Part shown: positions 1 through 20,294 of the stretch, one piece after another | Position numbering within the stretch: position 1 is the first letter of the stretch | How the letters are laid out: each line of letters starts with the position of its first letter | DNA from: Amoebidium appalachense | Lineage: Eukaryota > Protista > Ichthyosporea | Length of the DNA: 64,000 bases | Assembly: GCA_963693365.1 (NCBI GenBank) | Contig: CAVNZM010000001.1 | Coordinates: forward strand, 8,944,907 to 9,008,906 | Direction of reading: 5' to 3' | The notes under the pieces: model-generated | Told to the model about the DNA's origin: nothing | Database searches by the model: none | What the model saw: the letters and a program-made list of their open reading frames with translations, nothing else | Translations under genes and position numbers: made by a program

Positions 1-885
1 TGGGGGGAAAAGGGGGAATGGGACGGGTAGGGGGAATGTGTGTGTGTGTATGGGGGGGGGGGGGGGGGGGGGGGGGGGCTGTATTAGTATGTGTGCGTGC
101 GTGTGTGGTGTGTGTGTGTGTGTGTGCGTGCGTGTTTGTGTGTGTGTGTGAAAGACATGCGGGGTTGGCTGTTTCTTCTGTTCTCGTTTTTTTTTTCTCT
201 GGAAGGAGAAGAGGGGGGGGGGGGGGAGGGGTAAATGTGGGTGTGCACGCGGTGTCATCGTGCGCCAAACCTTGCACCGCGTCTCTCCTACTGCTCCAAT
301 CAGGAATGGTTTTTAAGGGTGTGCTCGTTGGCACTTAGTGGAGAGGGGATATGCATTTAGGTTATTGTGTGTGTTGCTTAATATTATTAGACACTGTTCT
401 CCTCTGTTCCTCGCTCCCTATGTCCCACGCTCCACCTATTCCTTCATCCTTCCTTCCCTCACTCTCTCTATCTACTACTTTCCTCTCAGGCCCGTTCGTT
501 TCTCTCGTGGCACAAGCACGTGCATACACTCACACACTCTCTCTACTCTCTCCTCCCTTCCCTCTTCCCCCCCCCCCTCCCCTCCGCGCACCTGCATCCC
601 CGTCCTTTTCTCTCCATCTCTCCATCCCCCCCCCCCCCCCCCCCCCCCCCCCACACACACACATCTTTTTTCGGCACACATTCCATGTAAATGTTGGACA
701 CGATGCCTAAGTGTGGCTGTTTTCCCCTCTGCCTCTCTCTGTCCCTCGCTGTCCTTCCTCTTCCTGTCCTGCCCCCCTCCCCCCCCCCCCCCTCCCCCCC
801 CCCCCCCGGCCAGCACATATCTCCTTCCTTCGCTCCCTCCCTCTCTCTCTTTCTCCCCCCCCCTTTCTCCCCCCCCCCCCCCCCC

Positions 886-973
<88 letters not shown>

Positions 974-1003
974 ATGTGTGTGTGTATGTGTTTGGGGACC
1001 TAC

Positions 1004-8583
<7,580 letters not shown>

Positions 8584-9434
8584 CTTCTCCTCTCTCTGGA
8601 CAGAAACAGGTTAGAGCCCGTGGAACAAGGAACGATGGCGGCATGGGCTCCCTTCGCGAGATGAAGGAGTCAAGGAGGAAAAATAAGACGGAACACGAAA
8701 AATTAGGGTTTCTTCAGCATTACTTCGTCATTATCGTCTCTCCCTTTCTTACCCTACCCATCCTCCCTCCCTGCCCGCCAAAAAAAAAAACCTTCTTCGC
8801 AGTTTGACTATTTTCTGAATGACCTCGAGCTCATCTCGTTGCATTGCGTTCCCGCTACAAAAATGATAGCTCTCTATGTTCCTGGTTGGCCTATTACCTT
8901 GGCTGCTACGTCGGTAATGCAAGTTGAACTTCCAGAGAGTTACACCTCAAAATTCTAATGTTGCGAGAATTCAAAGCCAGCACCGCCACATGCATGCAAC
9001 ACACACAGCTGCGCTTTGGAACAAGAAAAAAGCCTCAAGTTTCAGGGCGAAAAAAAGACTTGCCTAAAATGGTAGCCGCCGCCACAGTTGGCCAGAAAGG
9101 TTATATCATTTGTAGCTAATCGTATGCTAGATTTTCAAACCATATAAAGGTACAAATCGTGGTGGCCCAATAGGTGTCGTGCGAGTTTTTGGTGAACGTC
9201 ATGTTTCAGGTACATGTGGACAGGTGGCATTCGCTGCCGGCCGAAAACAGAAGAGAATGGGGGAAAAAACCCTAAATGAATAAATATGATAAGAATATTC
9301 TGTTTCTCTGCTTTCTGTGCGACAAAAGTAGCACTTCTATATTTTTACATCAGGTATTTGGTTTGAAGGACAAAGTTTCAGGAGTCAGGCACTCTTGACA
9401 TACTGTTGATTGGCTATGCATCAAAGATCCTTGA

Positions 9435-9994
9435 CTATGATTGGTTTTGTTTAGGCGTGTCTCTATCTCCCAGTACTACGGCACGTGAATCCCCCCAAAA
9501 TTCAGGTTTTTTCATAAAGAAAAAAGTGGTTGTGAGTAGCACATATGCATATGTCGATGCTCTGCGCACAGCTCTCTGGCTCTGACTGAAAACAATTTGC
9601 AGCGCTATGATATTCAAAAATGTGGCTAGAATGCTGGTCTTATTTGTGTCAGCATCTACAAGAATCTTCTTTATAATTTTTGCTGATTGCGAGTCGAAGC
9701 TTAAGGCCTAGTTGATCAAGGTCCTAACTCTTGCATGGATATATGCATGTATGACACTGTGTGAGTCTCCTTCACCTGTTTTTGAACATAGGAACACAAA
9801 TTTTATTATTGTAAATCATTGGAACCAGAAGATTTAAACAGGGACACTATCTGCTTTTTCCAACTAAATAATTAGCGAACAAGCAGTCACCTAGCTGAAA
9901 GGTTTCCGAAGCTATTATTGGTGTAGCGCTGGCCTCCTCTCCGGCCCCTTCTAGGGTTCCCTCCGGAACATTATTATTAGTAGGTTGAAACGAT

Positions 9995-10027
<33 letters not shown>

Positions 10028-10637
10028 AGAACTTTTTGAAAGAAAGAAAGAAAAACCATAATCATTTCGTGATTTTAAACGACTCCATAAGAGAGGGGGG
10101 GGGGGGGGGTTAGGGAGGAAGGGGGGAGGGGGCGGGGAAGGGGGGGAAGGGGAGAAGGAGGGGGGGAGGAGGAGGGGGGGGAGGGGGGGAGGGGAAAGGG
10201 AAGGGGGACTTGGGTAACCATGGTTGAGGCGCCATTCAACATCACACAAACAGACCCACCCCAAAGTTTCTCGATATAAGACCACGGCCCACAAATCGAA
10301 GTGATAAATATGGAAGTGTGTTTGGTTGCAAAGCCCTGCTTTCTGCGGCATCCGCTCAATGTCTGTTTGGCGGAGGCCATCTATGTAGGTAACATAGTAA
10401 TAATGTTGATATTATATGTCGTCTGGACGGGGTCCTCGCCTAAAGGTTATAAGACGACGGTGCCAAATAAATTTCTTTGAAATTCAAATCATTCCATTAA
10501 ACAGAAACAACCTCCTTCCCCCCCCCCCCCCCCCCCCCCAAACCAACCCACCCACCCACCCACCTACACACACGCGCGCACCGTAATTACCTGGCTGCTA
10601 CAGCCTATCATTGATTTCCCCGAGTTCAACCTTCCGC

Positions 10638-10671
<34 letters not shown>

Positions 10672-11412
10672 ACCACCACCACCACCACACACCACCACCA
10701 CCACCACCACCACCACCACCACCATCACCCACGCCAACCAGTCGCTGCTCTGAGACTCCTTACCTCCCTACCCCTGGCCTGGGGTCTCTCACAATCATTA
10801 TGTTATTTATGGTAGTGCTTGTAGTTGCAAGCTCCTGCGTCCTGTTGTATATCCGATCCCACGGTGTGCTCCCACTCCCCCTCCCCCCTACCTCCCCCCC
10901 CACACACACACATACTCTCCCGCCCCCCCCCCCCCCCCTCCTTCCCCCCTCACCTCGGAATCCCCCCCTTCCCCCCCCCCCCCCCCCAAACACAGACTCG
11001 ACATTTCCTATAGCTACACTCTGGCCTTGTGTACACCTTGTGACCTCCGGCTCTGACAGACAGGAGCACAGGTCCCTTTAAAAGTCGTGATTGCTTAGCC
11101 TACTAGCGGCTTACTATGTGCTACTGCCATTACAGGTCTGCCAGTCATCCAGTTTAAACATGCAAATAGAATAACATTCACAGGTTCCGGAGTGATCTGC
11201 CGAATGCATACCCTTTGCATGCTTTTTGCAAGGTCTGCTTTCACAAGTTGTCCGCGGCAAATTTGTGCCATATGCGCTATAACATTTTCTGACGACCCCC
11301 TCCCCTCCCTCCCACTCCCCCCCATTCCCCCCTTCCCCACCTCCCCTCGCCCCATTTGCCACCTCCCCCCTCCCCCCCTTCACCGTGCCCATTAACACAT
11401 GTAAATGCACGT

Positions 11413-11467
<55 letters not shown>

Positions 11468-12060
11468 CAACGGCCAACTATTATGAATATGAATTATTTG
11501 GGGGCAACTGAGGCTATGATATGATCGTGCTCACCGCGAAATGTTCGTGTGCGTATCTGCGTGGCACTGCCAGGGAAGGTATGTGTGTGTGGTGTGGGTG
11601 AGTGTATCTGCTATGGCGGCATGTGTATGTCCGGTGTGCTCATCGCTGGTCGAAGTTTTGCACCTCGTGTGCATGTGTGGTATATGCGTGTGCAGGTACG
11701 TTTGACTTGAATGCGTGTGAAAGTGTGTGCGTGTGTGTACGTGCGCCGTGAGACGACTGGAGAGCTGGAGACGAGTGCGAGAGGGGGGAGGGCAGGGCGG
11801 GGGAGGGGCAGGGCGGGGGGAAGGAGGGGGGGGGGGGGGGGGGGGGGGAAGGGAGGGGGGGGGGGGGGGGGGAGGGGAGGAAGGGGGGGAAGTATGACAG
11901 TACGGCATATTATTCTAGCTGAGTTTCAAGTAGTAGAGGACTCCTATTAGCAAACATTGCTATGCTCAATGCTTATGTTTTGCCAATGTATCCAAAACGC
12001 TGCTAAACTTTAGTGCTATCGTAGTGCCACCAGATTATTTCATATAGTCCGGATGGCAGC
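9435..12060 (-). pseudogene. Probable decayed multi-exon gene, weakly fucosyltransferase-like glycosyltransferase
   Basis: Islands of complex sequence, several bounded by AG/GT on the minus strand: about 12060-11906 (..QRFGYIGKT*ALSIAMFANRSPLLLE..), 11276-11115 (Cys-rich, donor GTAAGC), 10380-10260, about 9965-9891 (..TPIIASETFQLG) and 9775-9435 (GEGD...ILATFLNIIALQIVFSQSQRAVRRASTYAYV..). Several in-frame TAA/TAG. Family assignment is by eye only. Confidence 0.3.
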
Positions 12061-12069
12061 CTATGGGGT

Positions 12070-12124
<55 letters not shown>

Positions 12125-12644
12125 CCCTCCCCTGCAAGTCGGAGGGTTGGGCAGGTCCTCCCCCCTCCCCCCTCCCCCCCCCCCCCCCCCCCAAAAAAAA
12201 AAAAAAAAAGAAAAGAAAACGTTACTACTCCCCCCCTCCCCGTTTCAAAATCATGAATGCCTTAATCAGAACCACCCAGGCTGTGATCACGTCTCAGTGC
12301 ACATTGCAGATTCTACGGCAAGCAGATGATTCGGTGATCTAAGGATAATCCTCAAGTTATTTGGTAAATATTTCTAATGGAAAATGGTTATTCGGATGAT
12401 AAATCTATTTCTCCCTCCTCAAGGTCTCCCCGCTCTCAGTAGCCTCCGCAGGGTTCGATTTTCGTTTTCGAATTATTGGGAAGGTCAAACCGCCCTTTCG
12501 GGATCGCCAAAAAAACTTTCGGAAAATGGGCCTCTGGTGGCCCCCCCCCCACCCCCCACCCCCCCCCGGGGGGGGGGGGGGGGGGGGGGGGGGGATCTGA
12601 AAGAGCCGGGGAGAGAGAGAGACTGAGAGAGAGATCTGAGAGAT

Positions 12645-12749
<105 letters not shown>

Positions 12750-14611
12750 TTGCTGGAGGAAGCGCCTGGGAAGGCCTGGGGGAACCCACCCGCCAACTTA
12801 CAATTAATTAGCCCCCCCCCCCCCTCCCCCCCCCCCCCCCCCCCCCCCCTCCCCTCCCCCTCTCCCACCCCCTCGCCCCCTCCCCCCGCCTCGGCTCCAC
12901 GGCCCCTCCGCCCGTCGACGTCCACCCAGCAGCAAGCCTCGCAAGCCTGGAAGTGAATTCGAATGGATATTCGAACCCATGCATGCATGTGCCACGTGTG
13001 CCCATGTGGCACCGGGCCACCGCGGGTCGGTACCGGTACCCGAAGTTGAACATATCTATGTAGTCAAGATTAGATGATAGTATGTAGATTGGCCGAGGAG
13101 GAAAGCCTCCGTCCCCCCCCTCCCCCCTCCCCCCCCCCCCCCCCACCCCCACCCCCTCGCCCCTCCCCCTGTCCGCCCCTTCCCCCTCCTCCCCAACATC
13201 CCACCCCACCCCCTCCCCTCCCTCCCTCCCCGGGCCTGAGGCTCATCCCTGACAGCTTCGAAGTTTCAACTTCACATGCTTATGCTTTTGATTGGCTGTT
13301 CGGTCAGTTTTAGCCCAATCATGTGGCGTGTTCGCACTGTATGTAACAGAAGCCACAACTTGCTTCGAATTCGAACGCCATCAACCATTATGCATAGTGT
13401 TGCGTATACATTATACCTTCAACACTGAAGTATTTGCATGCACTGGTTTCGTTGCACTGCGTAAATTGGAAGGTTCAATACAGGGGGTGACTAAAATTAA
13501 GATAATTTGAAATGAAGATAAATGGTGCTATATGTTTTTCAAAAAATAAGAGAATAGGGTCTACCAAACCTGGTGAATTTTTAAGATCATTTGGGGGGGT
13601 GGGGGAGGGGGTGTCGACAACAGGAAAAGAAAAAAAAAGAAGAAAAGAAAAACGAAAACGTGCCCACACGAGTGGAAAAATGGCGCGCCAAACTTTACGG
13701 CGCATATATATGCGATGGCTGGCGTCACAAGCGCACTGCCCCATAATTTAAATTTTAAGATGACTAATGTCACTCTAAAGTTTTAGTATAGACTTTTTAA
13801 TTGTAAAGATCACATAGGAGCCTAGCCGATATGTCTTTATCCAGGCCTCATTTTTCGGGACCAATATAGTAAACTTTTAACCCCTAACATTAACCATTTA
13901 ACCTTTTTCAAAATGCTTGGGCAATGGGCATTTGTGTTAGTGGGATTGCGACGTGCATCATACGTCGCGCCACTGCACCCGAGCAGTGAGCACCGTGTGG
14001 CCTGTGGCGGGGCAGAGTTGCCTGGTGAAGGATGTCACAAAAAAGGAGATTAATAAGTTCTATTGGACGAAAAAGCCTAATGTATAGTTATTATTACTGT
14101 ATTGTGCTGTGCTCATTTTTATGAATTGTGTACATGTACAGAAAACGCTTTGCTTGCAACTGTTTGGAACTGCGAGCAGCGAGCTTCAGCGAAGGGAATT
14201 CCGATTGGTTCCTCGCTCACATGTAGAATACTACTGGAGGGTAGCTGGGTAGCTGTAGCTACTGTACTGTGGCTGCCACTGGCTGTGCCACAAAAATATG
14301 CTAACACATATTTGGGTTGCTGACATTGATCCAATCTAAGGTGACCGTTGCACATGTCAAGTCACTGATTCTACAAATGTAAAGCTTCGCTCATAGAAAC
14401 AAAAGCAGCTTTTAGGCTCGCATGAATACAAAACAGGATTTAATTATATAGAGGTAGACACAACTGGGGCAAACAATGCTATATCGGTCGACGGCTAGCC
14501 AAGGTAGATGGATTCTTGAAATATCCTTCATCTATGGCAGCAATGATTTGATTTGTGAATAGTCAGGTATTGCTTTTTAGCCAGTGCACAGGCCGATGAC
14601 AAAACACAGGA

Positions 14612-14619
14612 TATATAAA
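14612..14619 (+). promoter_or_regulatory. Putative TATA box of permease copy A
   Basis: TATATAAA about 90 nt upstream of ATG 14708. Confidence 0.4.
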
Positions 14620-14707
14620 GGACAAACGCACTTGTTCTCCCTTCACTTCAACATCTCCACACACATCACCGCCCAGAAGTCTACCGCTAGTTCAGACTTT
14701 TGACAAG

Positions 14708-16339
14708 ATGGCCGACCAGAAGAAATGGGAGGCCGGAGATTCAGTGGTTGCTGACTCCCGGGTCACCGACATTGACTACAATGCCTCCGGCGTCGCTGCG
14801 GGCAGCTCCCAGCCAGTCATGACCAAGTGGCAGCAGCTGTGGTGCACAAAGTCGTTTGCTGGACTTGTGGCCGAGTCGCAGTCCGACAGCGGCCTCAAGC
14901 GTGTGTTGAGTGGTCTCGACCTTATGCTCATCGGTATTGGCGCCATCATCGGCACAGGTATCTTCGTGCTGGCCGGTGTGGCTGCCGGCAAGTATGCTGG
15001 CCCTGCCGTGGTGATTTCCTTCCTTATCGGCGGCATTGCCTCTGCCCTGGCTGGTCTCTGCTACACCGAGATGGCCACCATGATCCCCATCTCCGGCAGT
15101 GCCTACACCTTTGCCTACGCAACACTCGGTGAGCTGGTGGCCTGGGTCATTGGCTGGACACTCCTTCTCGAGTACATGATTGGCTCTGCCGCCGTGGCTG
15201 TGGGCTGGTCTGCCTACTTCTCCAAGTTCTTCAAGGCTGCATTTGGTGTCACTTTCGACCACCGCTTCTGCTCTGCACCCATCACATGGGATGCCAAGAC
15301 GAGCTCCTTCGTCACCACCGGCAACTACGTCGACCTCCCCGCGGCCATGATTTGCACTATTGTGACGATTGTGCTGGTGGTGGGCATCAAGGGGTCTGCG
15401 TGGGTCAACCACATCATCGTGGCCATCAAGGGCTCAGCCGTGCTCACTGTCATCATCTGGGGCTTCACCAAGGTCGACCCCGACAACTACACCCCCTTCA
15501 TGCCCCCCAACGAGGGTGGTGACGTGTATGGCTTTGCCGGTGTGATGCGTGCTGCAGTGGTTGTGTTCTTTGCCTACATCGGTTTTGATGCTGTCACCTG
15601 CATGGCCCAGGAGGCCAAGGTGCCTCAGCGCGATCTCCCCATCGGTGTGCTCGGTTCTCTGAGCGTCTGCACGGTGCTGTACATCCTCATGTCGACTGTG
15701 CTTGTGGGTGTCATCAGCTACACCGAGTTTGCAAAGTCTGCCTCCCCCATGGCTCTCGTTGCTGACGCCATCGGCGGCAAGGGGCTTGTGATCTACGTCA
15801 CTCTGGCAGCCATGTGCGGTCTTACGTCCGTGCTGCTGGTCATGCAGATGGGCCAGCCCCGCATCTTCTATTCCATGGCCAAGGACGGTCTGCTCCCCCA
15901 GGTCTGTGCTAAGATCCATCCCCGCTTCGGCACGCCCCACGTCACCACCATCATTAGTGGTGTGCTCATTGCCGTTGCCGGCGCTGTGCTCCCCATCGAC
16001 GTGCTTGCCGACATGTCTTCCATTGGCACGCTGTTCGCCTTTGTGCTCGTGTCCCTCGGTGTCATTGTTCTGCGCTTCACCCAGCCCGATGCCCAGCGGC
16101 TGTTCCGGGTGTTTGGCAACATCCCAATCAACCGCAACGGCGTGCGCTATGAGTTCCCCATTGTGCCCGTGCTGTCCATGGCCATGTGCATCTGGCTGAT
16201 GTCCTCGACCGGTGTGGAGACCCTCTACCGATTCCTTGTTTGGTTGGCCGTTGGTCTGATTGTTTACTTCTCCTACGGCATGTGGCACAGCAAGATGCGA
16301 TTCGGTATCGCCGAGATCACAAAGGAGCTGGCCCACTGA
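14708..16339 (+). CDS. APC-superfamily amino acid permease (cationic amino acid transporter / YfnA-YhdG-like), intronless, copy A
   Basis: 543-aa uninterrupted ORF with strong C/G third-position bias and many hydrophobic segments; motifs GIGAIIGTGIFV, GLCYTEMA..IPISGSAYTF, FFAYIGFD, QPRIFYSMAKDGLLP and a C-terminal RFLVWLAVGLIVYFSYG segment. Confidence 0.95.
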   Translation: MADQKKWEAGDSVVADSRVTDIDYNASGVAAGSSQPVMTKWQQLWCTKSFAGLVAESQSDSGLKRVLSGLDLMLIGIGAIIGTGIFVLAGVAAGKYAGPAVVISFLIGGIASALAGLCYTEMATMIPISGSAYTFAYATLGELVAWVIGWTLLLEYMIGSAAVAVGWSAYFSKFFKAAFGVTFDHRFCSAPITWDAKTSSFVTTGNYVDLPAAMICTIVTIVLVVGIKGSAWVNHIIVAIKGSAVLTVIIWGFTKVDPDNYTPFMPPNEGGDVYGFAGVMRAAVVVFFAYIGFDAVTCMAQEAKVPQRDLPIGVLGSLSVCTVLYILMSTVLVGVISYTEFAKSASPMALVADAIGGKGLVIYVTLAAMCGLTSVLLVMQMGQPRIFYSMAKDGLLPQVCAKIHPRFGTPHVTTIISGVLIAVAGAVLPIDVLADMSSIGTLFAFVLVSLGVIVLRFTQPDAQRLFRVFGNIPINRNGVRYEFPIVPVLSMAMCIWLMSSTGVETLYRFLVWLAVGLIVYFSYGMWHSKMRFGIAEITKELAH

Positions 16340-16746
16340 TCCTCCAATCACGTGGCTCCGTCTGTAATTACTGTGAACTACAAGGAATGCACGAAATTTT
16401 GACGTAAGTTATGGTAACTACTAAAGTTTGTGCTAAAAGCATTACGTGATTGACTCATAGAATTTAACATTCATGCTTATGTAAGCGGTTGTTCATATAG
16501 GTTTAAATCATGCGTATGTAAATCAGCTTACTAAATATCTTTGACCATTAGTTTCATACTGTGACTAGCGCTAGCACTGTAGTCACTGTTACAAGATTGG
16601 CCAAATAATGCCATTTAAAGGAACCGCAGCGCCGGGTATGTAGCGCTCTCTAAATACATTGTGTTCAAACGACATGTTCGGCCTCAGCACGTGGCTCCTC
16701 TTATGTGTCCAATCGTGCACATTATGAGTAATACTTGCGTATGTAT

Positions 16747-16777
<31 letters not shown>

Positions 16778-17001
16778 CGCCCTCACCCCACCCCATCCCT
16801 TTCCGCGGATCCCCTCACCATACCTTGTTTCTATTTAACTTAGTATGAATACTAAATAGTACTCGACTGAGGCTTTACGCTGAGGGCCCTTGGCACCCCG
16901 AAAGGCCTGTTTCTCTCCCCACTTGCGGTACACCCCTAAACTGTATGTACCATCTTCATCCCCTCCCCCCCCCCCCCCCTCCCCCCCCCTCACCACCACC
17001 A

Positions 17002-17079
<78 letters not shown>

Positions 17080-17146
17080 GCACACACACACACACACGTA
17101 CATACGCACATACACGCACACGCACGCACACGCACACGCACGCGCG

Positions 17147-17202
<56 letters not shown>

Positions 17203-17308
17203 ATCACACCATACACACACCCACACACACAGACACATCAACACCACCGCAACGTCAACAAGAACAAAAAATAAGAAGATAGAAGAGAACGGACAACTTG
17301 AAAAACCC

Positions 17309-17815
17309 AGTGGCATCCAACAGACCCCCCCCCCCCCCCCCCCCCCCGGGTCTCCAATAATAACTCATCGACCATTCCCTCCGGGCCCGGACTATATAGT
17401 GAGATTTGTGGGTGGCATTGTTCGTAATATTGCCTCTTATGGGTGTGTGGGTACGTGCTCCATGCCATGGTGCGGCAATGTGTGCGTGCATACATATGTG
17501 TGTTCGTGCGTGTACTCACGGCGGGTGTCACAGTGTTTGAATATTCCTACTTTTTTTTTATTGTTTTATAAAAAATTTCTTTTTGTATTCCATTCACCTA
17601 TAGTGGCATCCCAAAGTCGGCAATCTGATTGGTGGCACCTTTTAAATACTAAATTCAACACCGATTTGGTTTTAAATTCCTAGTCACCATGCGACAGGTC
17701 AGTATGTTCATTCGGTGTCACTATTTGCAGGCATTTTTATTGGTGGCATCTTTTGAAGGTTATTTTTGATTGGTGGCACCTTCAACCACACGGTCAATGT
17801 GATTGGTGGCACACA
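17309..17815 (+). repeat. Cluster of (GATT)GGTGGCA motifs
   Basis: GTGGCA core at about 17310, 17412, 17603, 17632, 17743, 17773 and 17806; the last four read ATTGGTGGCA; all in the same orientation. Confidence 0.7.
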
Positions 17816-18273
17816 TTCCGGTCACTTGTAGGAGGCCGAATTGACTTTCAGGGAAAAAAACCTTGTCATATATGGTTACGTGCCTGCCCAAAAGATCGCT
17901 ATGAGTTTCTCAATAATGATTGGGTTAGTACGGACTTCCAATATGCTCTATCTAGGTGCATGGCGCTTCCACGGTGTACATGGGTTCGTGTGTTTGTTCG
18001 CTGCAATGCTTGAGTGAGCCTAGCGGGGAAAAAAAATAAAATGTGTGAGCTCGTGTGGGAATATGCTTGTAGAGGTGTGCAAGGGTGCTTGCATGTGTGC
18101 CACATGTGTGGGTGTAAGCGCGTGTGTGCCCGTGTGTGCGCCCCAGCTGTGTGTGTGTGCGTACGTGAGCATGTGTGTGTGGATTGGGTGGGTGGGTGTG
18201 TAGGTGTGTGCACATGCATCTCCGTCGGGCTTGTGTGTTTAGGTGCGTGTTAAGTGACCAAACGACGGTATTG

Positions 18274-18310
<37 letters not shown>

Positions 18311-18344
18311 CGCGCGCGCGCGCGCGCGTGCGTGCGTGCGTGCA

Positions 18345-18386
<42 letters not shown>

Positions 18387-18389
18387 TGT

Positions 18390-18441
<52 letters not shown>

Positions 18442-18448
18442 TGTCTGT

Positions 18449-18502
<54 letters not shown>

Positions 18503-19347
18503 TGTGCGCGCATGTGTGTGTGCAGGCGCACGTGTGCACGTGTATTTGTGTGTGCTGTGTGTGCGTCGCGCGCGCGTGTGCACGTGTGTGTATGTGTGCA
18601 TGTGTGTGTGGGTGCTTGTGTGTGTGCGCGCACGCGCATGCTTCCTATATGCACACGCAAACAAACCTGTGTGCGGGCGCACACACAAGTTTGTTTACGT
18701 GTGCATATAGGAAGCATATACGAAGGCATGAAGGCTTCCACACAGCATCGAAAAAGGCTCTATATTCACTAACTCTTGGGGGGGGGGGGGGGGGGGGAAG
18801 AGAGGGGAGGAAGGGGGGGGGGGGGGGAGGGGGGGGGAGGGAGGGAGGGAGGGAGGGTGTGCGTGTGTGTAGGCGGGTGGAAGGAGGGGGGGAGGAGGGG
18901 GGGAGGGGGGGGGGGGGGGGGGAGGGGGGGGAGGGGGAGGGAGGGAGGGAGGGGCAAGTTGACTTACCTTATAGTCGTTTCGTATGCCTCAGAAGTGTGT
19001 AGTATTGTAACATTTTTTCTTGCATATTTCTTTTCCTAATCAAAACCAACAATAATTGCAGTCCTACGTTGCCAATTTCATCAATGGTCATGGCAAAGCC
19101 GATCATTTCCCTCCTCCTCTTCCCCCCCTCCCCCCCCCCCCTTCCCCCCTCCTTTCTCCCCCTCTCCCCTCCCCTCCTCCCCCTCCCCTCCCTCCCCTCC
19201 CCCCCCTTCCGGATCCCCCGGTTTCCACCCTCGAAACTAATGCACCGTGACAAAAAATCCTGATTTCTTTGTCTACCTGTGGCACTTTCAAGCATGTACC
19301 TTTCCGCTTGCAAACCCACGTGCCGTCGTTCGGTTGTCGAACTCCCC

Positions 19348-19381
<34 letters not shown>

Positions 19382-19531
19382 TTAGACCTCCCTCCCTGCC
19401 CCTCTCCCTTCCTTTTCAAAAGCTCCATCTCCCCCCTCCTCTTAACCCACTCATTATCAAGACCTTTCCCCCCTCTGCCCACACCCTCCCACCCCCCTTT
19501 CGGCCCCCCCCCCCCCCCCCCTCCCCCCCCC

Positions 19532-19566
<35 letters not shown>

Positions 19567-20241
19567 CCCCCCGCTCCCTAAAGAAAAAGCAAAAACCGAA
19601 ATAGAATCACCCCCACCACTACCGAAAAACACGGAGAAATAATGGGTCCAAGTGTGGCGAGGGTGTTTGCGTGTATTTGGTGGAAGGGAAGAGGGTGGTG
19701 GTGGTGGTGGTGGGGGGGGGGTGGTGGGAGGGTGTGTGTGTGTGTGTGTGTGGCGGGGGGGGGGGGGGGGGGGGGGTGGTGAAGGAGGAGCGGACCGAAT
19801 GTTTTTTCGTGGGAAGTAATCAGCAACTCGGAACAAGTCAAAAGGTCAATTAACATGAAGGTAGGTTCACCTGACGATACCCCCTCTTAACCCCCCCCCC
19901 CCCCCCCAAATTGAGCCCCCCCCCCCCCCCCCCCCCCCCCCCTCATTGAAAAAGTTTCAATATAGAATAAGTATCCATCAACTTTGCTGAATCGCCACCG
20001 CCGCCTTACCGCACAATCGGTGACTCGCTAATTAAAGACGATTTCGAACGATTTCGCTATAGGTATTCAATATTGGCCAATCAAAATCGTTTAGATCCAT
20101 TACATTCTATCGCGGAATGTTCCGCACCCGGAACTTTGTACCCGAGTACCCGAGCAGAGGCGGCTGAGTATCACCCGCCACTTCGGTACAAAGAACAAAG
20201 AACAAAATTTCGTTTGTTCTCTAGGTTGTGCTGTTTATGGC

Positions 20242-20294
20242 TAGGTTTAGGGTTGGGTTTAGGGTTAGGGTTGGTTTTAGGGTTTAGGGTTTAG
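20242..20294 (+). repeat. Short interstitial telomere-like repeat (TTAGGG/TTTAGGG variants)
   Basis: TAGGTTTAGGGTTGGGTTTAGGGTTAGGGTTGGTTTTAGGGTTTAGGGTTTAG. Confidence 0.7.

Noticed and set aside
13478-13790. TA-CAGGGGGTGAC start resembling a Tc1/mariner-type MITE end
   Set aside because: No convincing matching inverted terminus found.
14741-16351. Long antisense ORFs over permease A (and 27055-28260 over copy B)
   Set aside because: Shadow frames produced by strong C/G third-position bias; no recognisable protein.
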